This document shows, in pieces, positions 1 to 8,827 of a DNA stretch of 45,065 nucleotides (the stretch's first letter is position 1; each line of letters opens with the position of its first letter). Under the pieces are notes generated by a model. That model made no database searches, had not been told where the DNA came from, and was given only the letters and a program-made list of their open reading frames with translations. The DNA lies in the NCBI GenBank assembly GCA_036517275.1, contig DATDXD010000009.1, positions 1 to 45,065 of the forward strand, read 5' to 3'. Source of the stretch: Minisyncoccota bacterium. GTDB lineage: Bacteria > Patescibacteriota > Minisyncoccia > UBA11713 > 2-01-FULL-45-33. Both the position numbers and the translations under genes were made by a program.

Positions 1-387
1 AGTTTCAGATTATTTTTTGTCATTTTCAATCTCCCTTGTCTCGCCGTAGCTTTTAAGCGTAGGCGGATCAAAAAATCGTTTCAGTTTTGCGCCACGGGTG
101 CAATTACAACCCGTTACTTACCTTCCAGCGCAGAAAAAAACTTTTGACAATCCATTGATTGCCACCGGAAACTCCATTCAACTTCGCTCGTGATGAGCAA
201 ACAAATAGAATCTCCAATTCCAATCAAAAGAATCGTGGTCAAACTCGTTTTGACTCAAACGCTCCGGTATATCATCCCCGAACGTGTAATCGCCAAAACT
301 ACACCACGCCTATTTTGTTTTCAAACCCCTCTCCTCTCTTAAGAGAAAGTTATTAACTTATGGTTTAATTATACGCTTATTTTTTAA

Positions 388-452
388 TTTTGTCAATAGT
401 AAATGACAAAATAGAGCTAAATTAAGATTAACTTAGCTCTATTTAGCTCTAT
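388..452 (-). terminator. Intrinsic terminator region downstream of the DEAD-box helicase gene
   Basis: On the minus strand ATAGAGCTAA (442-433) pairs with TTAGCTCTAT (420-411) and is followed by TTTGTCATTT. The arm TTAGCTCTAT is directly duplicated (433-442 and 443-452), which allows alternative hairpins. A second hairpin TTTTGTCA/TGACAAAA lies at 388-411. Confidence 0.5.
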
Positions 453-463
453 TTTCTATTAGC

Positions 464-1735
464 TTAATAACTGTGTCTGTGGTGCGATGGATATGCTGGT
501 TTTCTGTGTCCTCGCCAATTAATTTTTCCGCCCGGTCTGGCATGCGATCTGTTTTGTGTATCCCTTGGAACGAAACTCAAAACCCTTTCCGGAGGCAATT
601 CCGGAAGCTTTGATATTGGCAAATTTTTTCGGATAAGTTGTTCAATTTGCCTAACTTCCCTACGCTGGTCCGGCATGGCAAATGAAATCGCGTGTCCTGC
701 AGAACCAGCTCTTGCTGTCCTCCCAATGCGATGAACATAATCTTCGGAATGTTCCGGAATATCATAGTTGAGAACAAGCTCAATGCCCGCAACATCAATC
801 CCGCGCGCCGCAATATCAGTCGCCACAAGCACTCTATACTTTCCAGATTTAAATCCTTCAAGCGCTTCGCGCCTTTGTCCCAAAGATCTGTTTGAGTGAA
901 TTTCAGCGCTTGTGTGTCCCATTGTTCGCACGGTGCTCGCCACTTTTTTCGCGGTAAATTTTGTCCGAGTGAAAATCAAAGTTGAACCTTTATATTCTCC
1001 TAAAATTTTATCCAGAAGTCTGTTTTTGGAATTTTTTTGAACAATAAAAATTTCCTGCGTTACTCGTTCCGCCATTGTCCCCGGCGGGGCAATTTCCACC
1101 CGAATCGGCAATTTCATAAATTCTCCCGCGACTTTCATAATTTCCGAAGGAAGCGTGGCGGAAAAAAGCATTGTCTGTCGGTTTTTGCCAACATTCCGCA
1201 AGATTTTTTTAATTTGGGGTAAAAAACCCATATCAAGCATTCGGTCAGCTTCGTCCAAAACCAAAATAGAAATATTTTCTAGCGAAAGAATTTTTTGTTC
1301 CAAGTGGTCATTGATACGTCCTGGAGTTCCAATTATTACATGTGGGCGTCGCGCTACAGATTGCCTTTGCGCGAACATTGAAGCGCCACCAATCAAAAGA
1401 GCCGTACGCAAACCCAAACTTTTTCCCAGTTTTTGCAATGTTTCTTCAACCTGAAAAGCAAGCTCGCGTGTCGGCAAAATCACAAGACCTTTGATACCCG
1501 CTTGCGCGAGTAAATGTGTCTGCCCAATCCGCTGAATCATTGGAATTCCAAAAGCCAAAGTTTTACCGGTACCGGTCTGCGCCACCCCAATTATATCTTT
1601 ACCTTCCACCGCCACCGGAATTGCTTTTTGTTGTATTGGAGTAGGAACTTTAAATTTTAAATTTTCTAAAATCTGAAGGAGCCTCGGCGCAATGCCTAGT
1701 CCATAAAAACTCTCGTGATTTGTTGTATTATTCAT
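464..1735 (-). CDS. DEAD-box ATP-dependent RNA helicase
   Basis: 423-aa ORF with motifs AQTGTGKT (I), PTRELA (Ia), VLDEADRM (II, DEAD), SAT (III) and HRIGRTARAG (VI). It has a basic Arg/His-rich C-terminal tail. Confidence 0.95.
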   Translation of the reverse strand: MNNTTNHESFYGLGIAPRLLQILENLKFKVPTPIQQKAIPVAVEGKDIIGVAQTGTGKTLAFGIPMIQRIGQTHLLAQAGIKGLVILPTRELAFQVEETLQKLGKSLGLRTALLIGGASMFAQRQSVARRPHVIIGTPGRINDHLEQKILSLENISILVLDEADRMLDMGFLPQIKKILRNVGKNRQTMLFSATLPSEIMKVAGEFMKLPIRVEIAPPGTMAERVTQEIFIVQKNSKNRLLDKILGEYKGSTLIFTRTKFTAKKVASTVRTMGHTSAEIHSNRSLGQRREALEGFKSGKYRVLVATDIAARGIDVAGIELVLNYDIPEHSEDYVHRIGRTARAGSAGHAISFAMPDQRREVRQIEQLIRKNLPISKLPELPPERVLSFVPRDTQNRSHARPGGKINWRGHRKPAYPSHHRHSY

Positions 1736-1958
1736 CCCGATGCGAATGCAACCAATCCATAAAATGTTTTCTGTGCCTGTCTATTGACCATTCGTCTCCG
1801 TTTTTAAAAAGAGTCGGGCGTTGTTGTTTAAATTTTTGAAGCAATTTCATAGATGATATAGGAAAACCTTCCGGAACGCTTTTGTTATAGGATTCCATAA
1901 AAACCGCAACGGTGGTACCAGCTTCATTCAATTCTTTTTGAATATCCCGTTTTTTCAT
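1728..1958 (-). CDS. Hypothetical small protein (76 aa), first gene of the helicase operon
   Basis: Its stop overlaps the helicase ATG by 8 nt (GATGAATAA), suggesting translational coupling. No domain recognised. A promoter-like TGGTAATAT lies 9 nt upstream of the ATG. Confidence 0.5.
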   Translation of the reverse strand: MKKRDIQKELNEAGTTVAVFMESYNKSVPEGFPISSMKLLQKFKQQRPTLFKNGDEWSIDRHRKHFMDWLHSHRDE

Positions 1959-1967
1959 TAGATTTTC

Positions 1968-1996
1968 ATATTACCATAATTTGCGCAATCCCACAA
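1968..1996 (-). promoter_or_regulatory. Putative sigma70-type promoter of the 76-aa ORF/helicase operon
   Basis: Minus strand reads TTGTGG (1996-1991), 17-nt spacer, TGG-TAATAT (-10 at 1973-1968), then 9 nt to the ATG at 1958. No SD. Confidence 0.4.
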
Positions 1997-2008
1997 GCGT
2001 GATACGAT
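1981..2008 (+). promoter_or_regulatory. Putative promoter of the UvrD-like gene (apparently leaderless)
   Basis: TTGCGC (1981-1986), 16-nt spacer, TGA-TACGAT (-10 at 2003-2008), then 7 nt (TTTTATA) to the ATG at 2016. No SD upstream. Confidence 0.45.
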
Positions 2009-2015
2009 TTTTATA

Positions 2016-4745
2016 ATGAAGGAGGATTCATTCAATAAACTTTACAACAAACTCAATCCGGAACAAAAAGAAGCGGTGGATACGATTGAGGGTCCGGTAA
2101 TGGTTGTGGCGGGTCCGGGTACGGGCAAAACACAAGTGCTAACGCTTCGAATAGCTAATATTTTACAGCGCACCGACACGGCGCCAGAAAATATTCTGGC
2201 ACTTACTTTTACGGAAGCCGCGGCGGTTTCAATGCGCCGTCGTCTTGCGGAAATTATAGGAAGTCCGGCCTACTCTGTTGTCATAAATACATTTCATGGG
2301 TTTTGCAACGATATAATAAAAAATTATCCGGAATATTTTCCGCGAATAATGAACTCTGTAAACATAACCGAGGTTGACCAAATCAATATAATAAAAGAAT
2401 TTGTAGGATACCGCTTAAAGGATTTCTTAAAAAAAATAAATGACTTCAAAAAAGACGGGATTTCTCCAAAAGAAACGGAACAACAAAATCCGAAAATAGC
2501 GAAAATATACACAAAGTACGAATTAGAGTTAAAAAAACAAAAACTTTACGACTACAACGATATGATAATTGAAGTTTTGCGCGCGCTAAAAAAAGAAAAG
2601 AAACTCCTTCAAACACTTCAAGAACAATACCATTACGTGCTTGCCGATGAACACCAAGATGTCAACAAATCCCAAAATAAAATTATAGAAGTACTTATGG
2701 AATTCCATCAAAACCCAAACATTTTTGTGGTTGGAGATGAAAAACAGGCAATTTACAGATTTCAAGGAGCATCGCTAGAAAACTTCCTTTTTTTTAAAAA
2801 TAAATATCCGGAAGCAAAAACAATAAATCTGGTAAAAAATTATCGCTCACAACAAACAATTTTAGACGGCGCGCAAAGTATTTTTAAAGAAAAAAAACTT
2901 TTTGGACAAAGCTCGCACGCCCCTAAAAAGTTGCAACTACTTTCGTTTTCGCGTCCGGAAGTAGAAGCGTACTTTTTGGCTCAAAACATTAAGAGAGGAA
3001 TAAAAAGCGGTATTGTCCCGAATGAAATAACTGTTTTGTACCGAAACAACAAAGACGCGTTTTTATACTCTGAATTTTTGGAAAAAATGAAAGTACCTTT
3101 CGCCATAGAGTCCGACATGGACATACTTACCGATCCGGACATAAAAAAAATAACAACACTTCTTTCATTTATCGCGGAACCGGATAATTTCCAAAAACTA
3201 ATTTCCGCGTTACACGTGGATTTTATAAACAGAGACGTTCTCACAACCTATAAAGTGGCGCATCTCGCAAATCAAAAAAAAATTTTGGCACTTGAAGCTC
3301 TGAAAGAAAAAATTCCGCAAATTTATTCAAAAATTGCTTCGTGGATAACTTATTCTAAAAATTTGAACTTTACTGAATTTTTTCAAAAACTTTTACAAGA
3401 ATCTGGATTTTTGGCGCACATTCTCCAAAAAAAAGACGCCGCTGACAAAGTAAACAAACTAAACAGCTTGTTTGATGAAATAAAAATGCTTTCAAAATCT
3501 AGAAAAAACTATTCTCTTTCCGATTTTATGTCTTACCTTGAAGCGCTGGAAAAACACGACGTTTTAATCAAAAAAAGCCCCGCTATGCGTCTCAAAAAAA
3601 ATGTAAGGTTAATGACGGCGCATAAATCAAAAGGACAAGAATTTGAATATGTGCATATTGTAGGCGTAAACGATGGACATTGGGGCGGAGGATTTAACCA
3701 ATCGGATGATGACGAGCGTCGCCTTTTCTATGTAGCTCTTACACGGGCAAAAAAAGAACTAAACATTTCTTACGCCAGAGAAAATGAATTACAAAAAGAA
3801 CAGCTCCCTTCAAGATTCATAAAAGAAATAAACCCAAAATTTATTGAAACTCAAAAAACAGAACAATACGAAAAACAATTTGAAAAAAATAAAAAAATAA
3901 TATTTACGCCGGCGCCTCAAATGAATGGCGGAGTCCTTGAAAAAGAATTTACGCGCGAATTATTTTTGGACAGAGGACTTTCGGTAACCGCGCTTAACAA
4001 CTTTCTTTCATGTCCATGGAAATATTTTTACGTAAATCTTTTGCGGATACCCAAGGCCCCAAGCCCACACCAAATTTTTGGCATCGCAGTACACTCCGCG
4101 CTTAAAGAACTTTTTCTGCACAAAAATGAACTTGAGAAAAACAAGGAAAAAACATTTTTATTGGACAGTTTTGAGCGAAATTTAAAACAAAATGCGCTTT
4201 CGCAAAACGATTTTGAAGAACTTTTGCTCAAAGGAGAAAACAGTTTGCCGGTATTTTACGAAAATCGCAAAAACGAATGGAGCAAACTAACAATACCGGA
4301 GTTAAACATTAAAATTTCTTTTGCTCCCGGAATTACATTAAAAGGACAATTGGACAAGCTGGAATTTTTGGAAAATAACAAAGTAAATGTTGTGGACTAT
4401 AAAACAGGTAAAGCCAAAACCCGCAACGAAATAGAAGGATTGACCAAAAATTCCAACGGAGATATAAAACGCCAGCTCGTTTTTTACAACTTACTTTTAA
4501 ATAAATATAAATCCATAGCGGGGCGGAGTAAATTTGAAATGGTCTCTGGTGAAGTTGATTTTGTGGAACCAGATGAAAAAGGTAGAAACCGCAAAGAAAA
4601 GTTTGTTATAACACCAAATGAAATTACGGAACTTGAGAGTGTAATCAAAAAAACCGCGAACGAAATCACTTCGCTTTCTTTCATCAACAAACGTTGTTTG
4701 GATAAAAAATGTGAGTGGTGCGCGCTTCGAAATATGATGAGTTAA
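2016..4745 (+). CDS. UvrD/PcrA-family helicase fused to a C-terminal RecB-type PD-(D/E)XK nuclease domain (AddA/AddB-like)
   Basis: 909-aa ORF. Helicase motifs: AGPGTGKT, DEHQD, GDEKQAIYRFQGA, NYRS, HKSKGQEF, ALTRAKKEL. C-terminal nuclease motifs: GQLDKL, VVDYKTGK, QLVFYN. There is one Cys upstream (SCPWKYF) and three at the C-terminus (CLDKKCEWC). Confidence 0.85.
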   Translation: MKEDSFNKLYNKLNPEQKEAVDTIEGPVMVVAGPGTGKTQVLTLRIANILQRTDTAPENILALTFTEAAAVSMRRRLAEIIGSPAYSVVINTFHGFCNDIIKNYPEYFPRIMNSVNITEVDQINIIKEFVGYRLKDFLKKINDFKKDGISPKETEQQNPKIAKIYTKYELELKKQKLYDYNDMIIEVLRALKKEKKLLQTLQEQYHYVLADEHQDVNKSQNKIIEVLMEFHQNPNIFVVGDEKQAIYRFQGASLENFLFFKNKYPEAKTINLVKNYRSQQTILDGAQSIFKEKKLFGQSSHAPKKLQLLSFSRPEVEAYFLAQNIKRGIKSGIVPNEITVLYRNNKDAFLYSEFLEKMKVPFAIESDMDILTDPDIKKITTLLSFIAEPDNFQKLISALHVDFINRDVLTTYKVAHLANQKKILALEALKEKIPQIYSKIASWITYSKNLNFTEFFQKLLQESGFLAHILQKKDAADKVNKLNSLFDEIKMLSKSRKNYSLSDFMSYLEALEKHDVLIKKSPAMRLKKNVRLMTAHKSKGQEFEYVHIVGVNDGHWGGGFNQSDDDERRLFYVALTRAKKELNISYARENELQKEQLPSRFIKEINPKFIETQKTEQYEKQFEKNKKIIFTPAPQMNGGVLEKEFTRELFLDRGLSVTALNNFLSCPWKYFYVNLLRIPKAPSPHQIFGIAVHSALKELFLHKNELEKNKEKTFLLDSFERNLKQNALSQNDFEELLLKGENSLPVFYENRKNEWSKLTIPELNIKISFAPGITLKGQLDKLEFLENNKVNVVDYKTGKAKTRNEIEGLTKNSNGDIKRQLVFYNLLLNKYKSIAGRSKFEMVSGEVDFVEPDEKGRNRKEKFVITPNEITELESVIKKTANEITSLSFINKRCLDKKCEWCALRNMMS

Positions 4746-5698
4746 ACCTTCAAATACCTTTTTGTGGCAAACTGGGCTGAAAGCACGCCCAAAAGCGCCC
4801 CCGCGACAAGCAAAATAAACGATATTTGCAAAATGTTTGAAACAAAATAAGTATAAATATTTAAACCTCCAAAAGCGGATGCAATACGCTCCCCCGTCCA
4901 AAACAAAATTCCATAAAGAGCAAGAAGTGTAAACACGGCGGATATGAATCCGTGTATCAAACCTTCTATTAAAAATGGGCCCCGTATAAAAGAACGCGAG
5001 GCTCCAACCAATTGCATTACCGCAATTTCATCTTTGGAATTGTAAATCGCGACTCTTACGGTGTTGTACGCAACCATCAAAGCAATAAGAGCCAGGATTC
5101 CGCTCACTGAAAAACCTATCTTTCGGCTTACGCTCAAGACATTTGAAAGTTTGTTTATGGCTTCTTCATTTTGGCGAAAAGTAATTTTTTGCTTTCCCAT
5201 AGAGTCTATATCTATAAGACTTGAGTAAGCGCTGGCTTCTATAAATCTGGTGATGTCCTCAAATTTATCGGTACTTTTGGCGTTGATATCCAGATTTGCC
5301 GAAAAAGGATTATTTTCAACAGTTTCTATTGAACGTAAAATCAAAGTGTCTCCTTTGTGGCGCCCCAAAAAACTCTCCAAAGCCTTTTCTTTTGAAACAT
5401 AAGACACGCTTTTTACATTTATATTTGATTCTAAATCTTCTTTAAAAGATAGAATTTTTTCTTCCGGAGAATCAAGCTTAAAGTAAACGCTTATATCCAC
5501 CTTGTCTTCAACTCCGGATATAATTCCATTTACAAAAATGCCCCCAACCAAAACTCCGCCAAAAACAAGCATAGAAAGCGACATTACCAAAACAGTGGCA
5601 ACGCTTATAAGTCCGCCTCGAAAAAATTTAGTGATTCCGCTTTTTAAAATTCTTTGAAATGTAATTTTATTATAAGACATATTTTCCTTTTTGATCAT
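4742..5698 (-). CDS. ftsX: Cell division ABC transporter permease-like protein FtsX
   Basis: 318-aa ORF directly downstream of and overlapping ftsE. It has an N-terminal TM segment, a large extracytoplasmic loop and three C-terminal TM segments, which is the FtsX topology. The start may be the internal Met at 5680. Confidence 0.8.
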   Translation of the reverse strand: MIKKENMSYNKITFQRILKSGITKFFRGGLISVATVLVMSLSMLVFGGVLVGGIFVNGIISGVEDKVDISVYFKLDSPEEKILSFKEDLESNINVKSVSYVSKEKALESFLGRHKGDTLILRSIETVENNPFSANLDINAKSTDKFEDITRFIEASAYSSLIDIDSMGKQKITFRQNEEAINKLSNVLSVSRKIGFSVSGILALIALMVAYNTVRVAIYNSKDEIAVMQLVGASRSFIRGPFLIEGLIHGFISAVFTLLALYGILFWTGERIASAFGGLNIYTYFVSNILQISFILLVAGALLGVLSAQFATKRYLKV

Positions 5699-6350
5699 CT
5701 CTTATTAATTTTCCTTTGTCTAAAGTAATAACTCTTTTTTTAAGAGAATCTATAACACCCTTATCGTGAGTCGCCAAAATAACAGTAGTACCAAGAACAT
5801 TTACCTTTTCAAGTAAATTTATTATCTCCCAAGTATTTTTTGGATCCAAATTTCCGGTAGGCTCATCCGCCACCAAAACATCTGGACGCACAATTATGGC
5901 ACGAGCTATGGCTACCCTTTGCTTTTCTCCACCAGAAAGCTCGTGCGGAAAATGCCAAGCTTTATCCATAAGCCCCACCAACTCCAGCACATGTGGGACA
6001 TCTCTTTGAATTTCCTCATCGGATTTTCCGGAAGCCTCCATTGCAAAAGCCACATTTTCAAAAGCTGTTTTGTGCGACAACAAACGATAATCCTGAAAAA
6101 CTATTCCTATTCTGCGTCGTATTAAAGGAAGTTCTTTTTGATCAAGAGTATGAACATCGTGGGATTCAAAAAAAACATTGCCAGAAGTTGGCTTTTCTTC
6201 CGCAAGCAAAAGTTTAATAAGTGTAGACTTCCCCGCTCCCGACTGACCCACAATAGAAACAAACTCGTTTGGAGCGACAGTAAACGAAACATCATCAAGC
6301 GCGATTGAGGTGGGAGAATACACTTTGGAAACTTTATCGAAGTAAATCAT
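5670..6350 (-). CDS. ftsE: Cell division ATP-binding protein FtsE
   Basis: 226 aa with Walker A GQSGAGKST, ABC signature LSGGEKQR and Walker B VLVADEPTGNLD. It is paired with the ftsX-like gene. Confidence 0.9.
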   Translation of the reverse strand: MIYFDKVSKVYSPTSIALDDVSFTVAPNEFVSIVGQSGAGKSTLIKLLLAEEKPTSGNVFFESHDVHTLDQKELPLIRRRIGIVFQDYRLLSHKTAFENVAFAMEASGKSDEEIQRDVPHVLELVGLMDKAWHFPHELSGGEKQRVAIARAIIVRPDVLVADEPTGNLDPKNTWEIINLLEKVNVLGTTVILATHDKGVIDSLKKRVITLDKGKLIRDDQKGKYVL

Positions 6351-6357
6351 GTAATAC

Positions 6358-7426
6358 TTATAAGTTTAGTCCTGCTTCTATAAACATGTCCAGACCCCCG
6401 TCTAAAACTTTTTCCACATTGCCTGTTTCAATGTTTGTGCGATGGTCTTTGACCATTTTGTAAGGATGAAAAACATACGAGCGTATCTGGTGACCCCATT
6501 CTATTTTTTTGTATTCACCTTTTACCGCCATTTTTTCTTCCGTTTTTTTATGTAATTCCAGTTCATAAAGCTTTGAGCGCAAAATATCTAAAGCGGATTT
6601 TTTGTTCGCGATTTGCGTCCGTTCGGAACTTGCGTGCACGGAAATTCCGGTTGGCTTATGTGTTATACGCACAGCCGTTTCTCTTTTGTTAACATTCTGT
6701 CCACCGGGTCCGCTTGAACGCGAAAAACTTATTTCCAAATCATCGTCTTTTATTTCCACATCATCTGTATCTGAAACAAAAGGCAGAATTTCAACAAGAG
6801 CAAAAGAAGTATGCCGTCTTTTACTCGCGTCAAAAGGAGAAATTCTAACAAGGCGGTGAACCCCGTTCTCATTTTTTAAATAGCCGAACGCAAAACGTCC
6901 AGAAATTTTTGCGGATGCGTTTTTTATTCCCCCAAACTCATTTGGATGAGTATGTAAATTTTTAAAATCCCAATTTTTTGACCGAGCAAATTTTTCATAC
7001 ATTAAAAACAAAATCGCCGCCCATTCTTCCGCGTCATCTCCTCCGGCACCCGAATAAACATTGAGGATCGCGTCTCCGGAATCATACTTGTCAACAAACA
7101 AAGAAATTCTTTCAAGATTGACAAATTGACGTTCAATTTCCGCGGATTCTTTGTTTAGATCAATATTGGAATCAATTTTTGAAAGCTCCAACAAGCTTGC
7201 TGTATCTCCCAACAATTTTTCCCATGAAGAAATTTCTTCTTTTTTTTGAGAAATCTCTGAAGAAATTTTTTGCGCGCGCAAATTGTCGCTCCAAAATCCT
7301 TCTTTTAGAGTTTCTTGTTCAAGTTTAATTAAATCTTCTTTTTTTTGACGCAGGTCAAAGACGGTCCGCCGCTTTGCGGACCTTTTCGTTTAGTTCTTCA
7401 ATTTTTTGAATTTCTTTTTTATCCAT
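6358..7426 (-). CDS. prfB: Peptide chain release factor 2, requires a programmed +1 frameshift
   Basis: Frame 0 runs from ATG 7426 ([23 protein letters not shown]) to an in-frame TGA at 7357-7355. The +1 frame continues [14 protein letters not shown]... into the 307-aa track ORF. RF2-specific SPF (RISPFD) and GGQ ([10 protein letters not shown]) motifs are present. Confidence 0.95.
7354..7360 (-). other. prfB: RF2 +1 ribosomal frameshift site CTT TGA C
   Basis: The minus strand reads CGT CTT TGA CCT, with the canonical CUU UGA C heptamer at 7360-7354. The upstream GCGGCGGAC is only a weak SD-like element. Confidence 0.9.
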
Positions 7427-7433
7427 AACCACA

Positions 7434-7462
7434 ATTCTATCAAAATTAACAAAAAAAATCAA
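7434..7462 (-). promoter_or_regulatory. Putative prfB promoter (apparently leaderless transcript)
   Basis: Minus strand reads TTGATT (7462-7457), 17-nt spacer, TAGAAT (7439-7434), then 7 nt (TGTGGTT) to the ATG at 7426. No SD. Confidence 0.5.
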
Positions 7463-7471
7463 AACCTTTTG

Positions 7472-7544
7472 AGCCGCCTCCGAGATTCGAACTCGGGACC
7501 TCTGCTTTACGAAAGCATTGCTCTACCAGCTGAGCTAAGGCGGC
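7472..7544 (-). tRNA. tRNA-Thr (anticodon CGU)
   Basis: Hand-folded cloverleaf. Acceptor GCCGCCT/AGGCGGC, D arm GCTC-AGCTGGTA-GAGC, anticodon arm ATGCT-TTCGTAA-AGCAG, T arm CCGAG-TTCGAAT-CTCGG, discriminator T. CCA is not encoded. Confidence 0.9.
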
Positions 7545-7571
7545 TTATCCTAAAAAAATGTTACCTTAAAT

Positions 7572-7603
7572 ATTAAAAATCCGCTACTTTTTGTAGCGGA
7601 TTT
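7572..7603 (-). terminator. Intrinsic terminator after the CPBP protease gene
   Basis: Minus strand forms AAATCCGCTAC-AAAAA-GTAGCGGATTT followed by TTAATATTT. The hairpin overlaps the stop codon. Confidence 0.6.
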
Positions 7604-8316
7604 CATTGAAGAGCAATTGCCAAGAGTAAGGCTGAAAAATTAATTGCTGAATGTAAAATAATTGCTGGAATTACGCTTCCGGTGGCAATAGTAATTGTGG
7701 AAAAAATCGCCCCACCAGAAAACGTAGCCATGCGGTAAAAAAGATCGGCTTCGTGCCAAAATCCAAAAAATAAAGATGAACCAAAAAATGCCGCGTGCCT
7801 CCCAAAAATTCTATTTAGAGAGTAATAAAGAATCAGTCTAAACTCCAACTCTTGTTCTAAAACAGACAAAAATCCTATCCAAATTTTTAAAAAATAAATT
7901 TTTTTATCCCCCACAATCAAATTCATTTTAACAAAAAGAATATTCGCAACACCCGGCCAAAAAACTAACACCACATAAATACCTGTTACGAAGAATAGGA
8001 TTAATAACATTCTAAAATCTGCCTCAGAAAACTTCTTTTGCCAACTTGGAGGCCAATGGATTTCTATTCTGAAAATTCCCGTGTGAACAATGACAATAAA
8101 AAAAGTTGCCCACCAAAAAAATTTTTCTAACCCCAAAACCATTGAAGATGGATCGTGATCAAATCCAAAAACAAATCCTATCACTTCCAAAAACGGGACA
8201 AGCGCAACTCCAAAAATCAAAATCAAAATTTCAATTAAATTCAGCTTTTCAAATTCGTTGCGTATGCGGTCGTCATCTGCCCAAGACCAAAAATTTATTT
8301 TCTCTACCATACCCAC
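7603..8316 (-). CDS. CPBP (CAAX/Abi) family intramembrane metalloprotease
   Basis: 237-aa polytopic membrane ORF with family motifs EQELEFR, FGFWH and HSAINF. Confidence 0.75.
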   Translation of the reverse strand: MGMVEKINFWSWADDDRIRNEFEKLNLIEILILIFGVALVPFLEVIGFVFGFDHDPSSMVLGLEKFFWWATFFIVIVHTGIFRIEIHWPPSWQKKFSEADFRMLLILFFVTGIYVVLVFWPGVANILFVKMNLIVGDKKIYFLKIWIGFLSVLEQELEFRLILYYSLNRIFGRHAAFFGSSLFFGFWHEADLFYRMATFSGGAIFSTITIATGSVIPAIILHSAINFSALLLAIALQ

Positions 8317-8750
8317 CTCGCATGTGAAAAAGGCAAAAATACCAAAATTACGCGTTCGTGTATTTTTTCACCACGCACAGGTCCAAAATCACGCGAATCC
8401 AAAGAAACTACCATCTCGCCAAGCTCTTTGTTCCAATAACTTCCCTTAAAATCGCCCAGCACATAGTAATGATTAGCGGGAATAGTGTAGGAATTATATA
8501 TTTCTTCAATTTTTTCTCCCGGCAAACCAACTATCCTTTTAACCAACTTTATGTTTTCATTTTTAGGGTCATCCACAAAAAAAATACCAAATTTTTCCGG
8601 ATTAGAAAATCTTAAAAAAAGAAGCCAATCGCCGTCATTTAATGTGGGCATCATACTTTTGGATTCAACTCTGGAAATCCCAAAAAAAACATTTAAAAAA
8701 GATATCAAAAAAATAACGACAACAATCGGCACAAGCCTCTTGCGCGACAC
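8304..8750 (-). CDS. lepB: Signal peptidase I (S26), short paralog
   Basis: 148 aa with an N-terminal TM segment. Catalytic Ser box SKSMMPTL, Lys box VKRIVGLPGEKI, and a C-terminal box LGD...SLDSRDFGPV interrupted by an insertion. Overlaps the CPBP gene by 13 nt. Confidence 0.8.
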   Translation of the reverse strand: MSRKRLVPIVVVIFLISFLNVFFGISRVESKSMMPTLNDGDWLLFLRFSNPEKFGIFFVDDPKNENIKLVKRIVGLPGEKIEEIYNSYTIPANHYYVLGDFKGSYWNKELGEMVVSLDSRDFGPVRGEKIHERVILVFLPFSHARWVW

Positions 8751-8796
8751 AAAACACCACCTCTTTTCAAAGTTACCAGTCTGATTTCACGCTAAC

Positions 8797-8827
8797 ACAA
8801 AAACAAAAGAGCGGCTAGCGCCGCTCT
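8797..8827 (-). terminator. Intrinsic terminator after the SLT-like gene
   Basis: Minus strand forms AAGAGCGGC-GCTA-GCCGCTCTT followed by TTGTTTTTGT. It overlaps the TAG stop at 8815-8817. Confidence 0.7.

Noticed and set aside
1-23. Minus-strand gene start (ATG at 23-21 preceded by AAGGGAG) running off the left edge.
   Set aside because: Only 7 codons are visible, which is too little to annotate as a feature. It is mentioned only as context.
159-356. 65-aa plus-strand ORF at the left edge.
   Set aside because: It has a TTG start with no SD or -10 context, a Pro/Asn/Arg-rich non-protein-like composition, and no motif. It is treated as non-coding; see the finding on the ORF-poor region.
2019-2025. 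Strong SD-like AAGGAGG immediately after the uvrD-like ATG, suggesting a downstream start.
   Set aside because: No in-frame start codon follows at a suitable distance. The motif simply encodes Lys-Glu-Asp of the N-terminus.
4742-4745. Convergent uvrD-like and ftsX genes share overlapping stop codons (TTAA) with no terminator between them. Likewise mfd and the S1 gene overlap by 20 nt at 35846-35865.
   Set aside because: This is a common consequence of genome compaction and not evidence of a specific regulatory mechanism.
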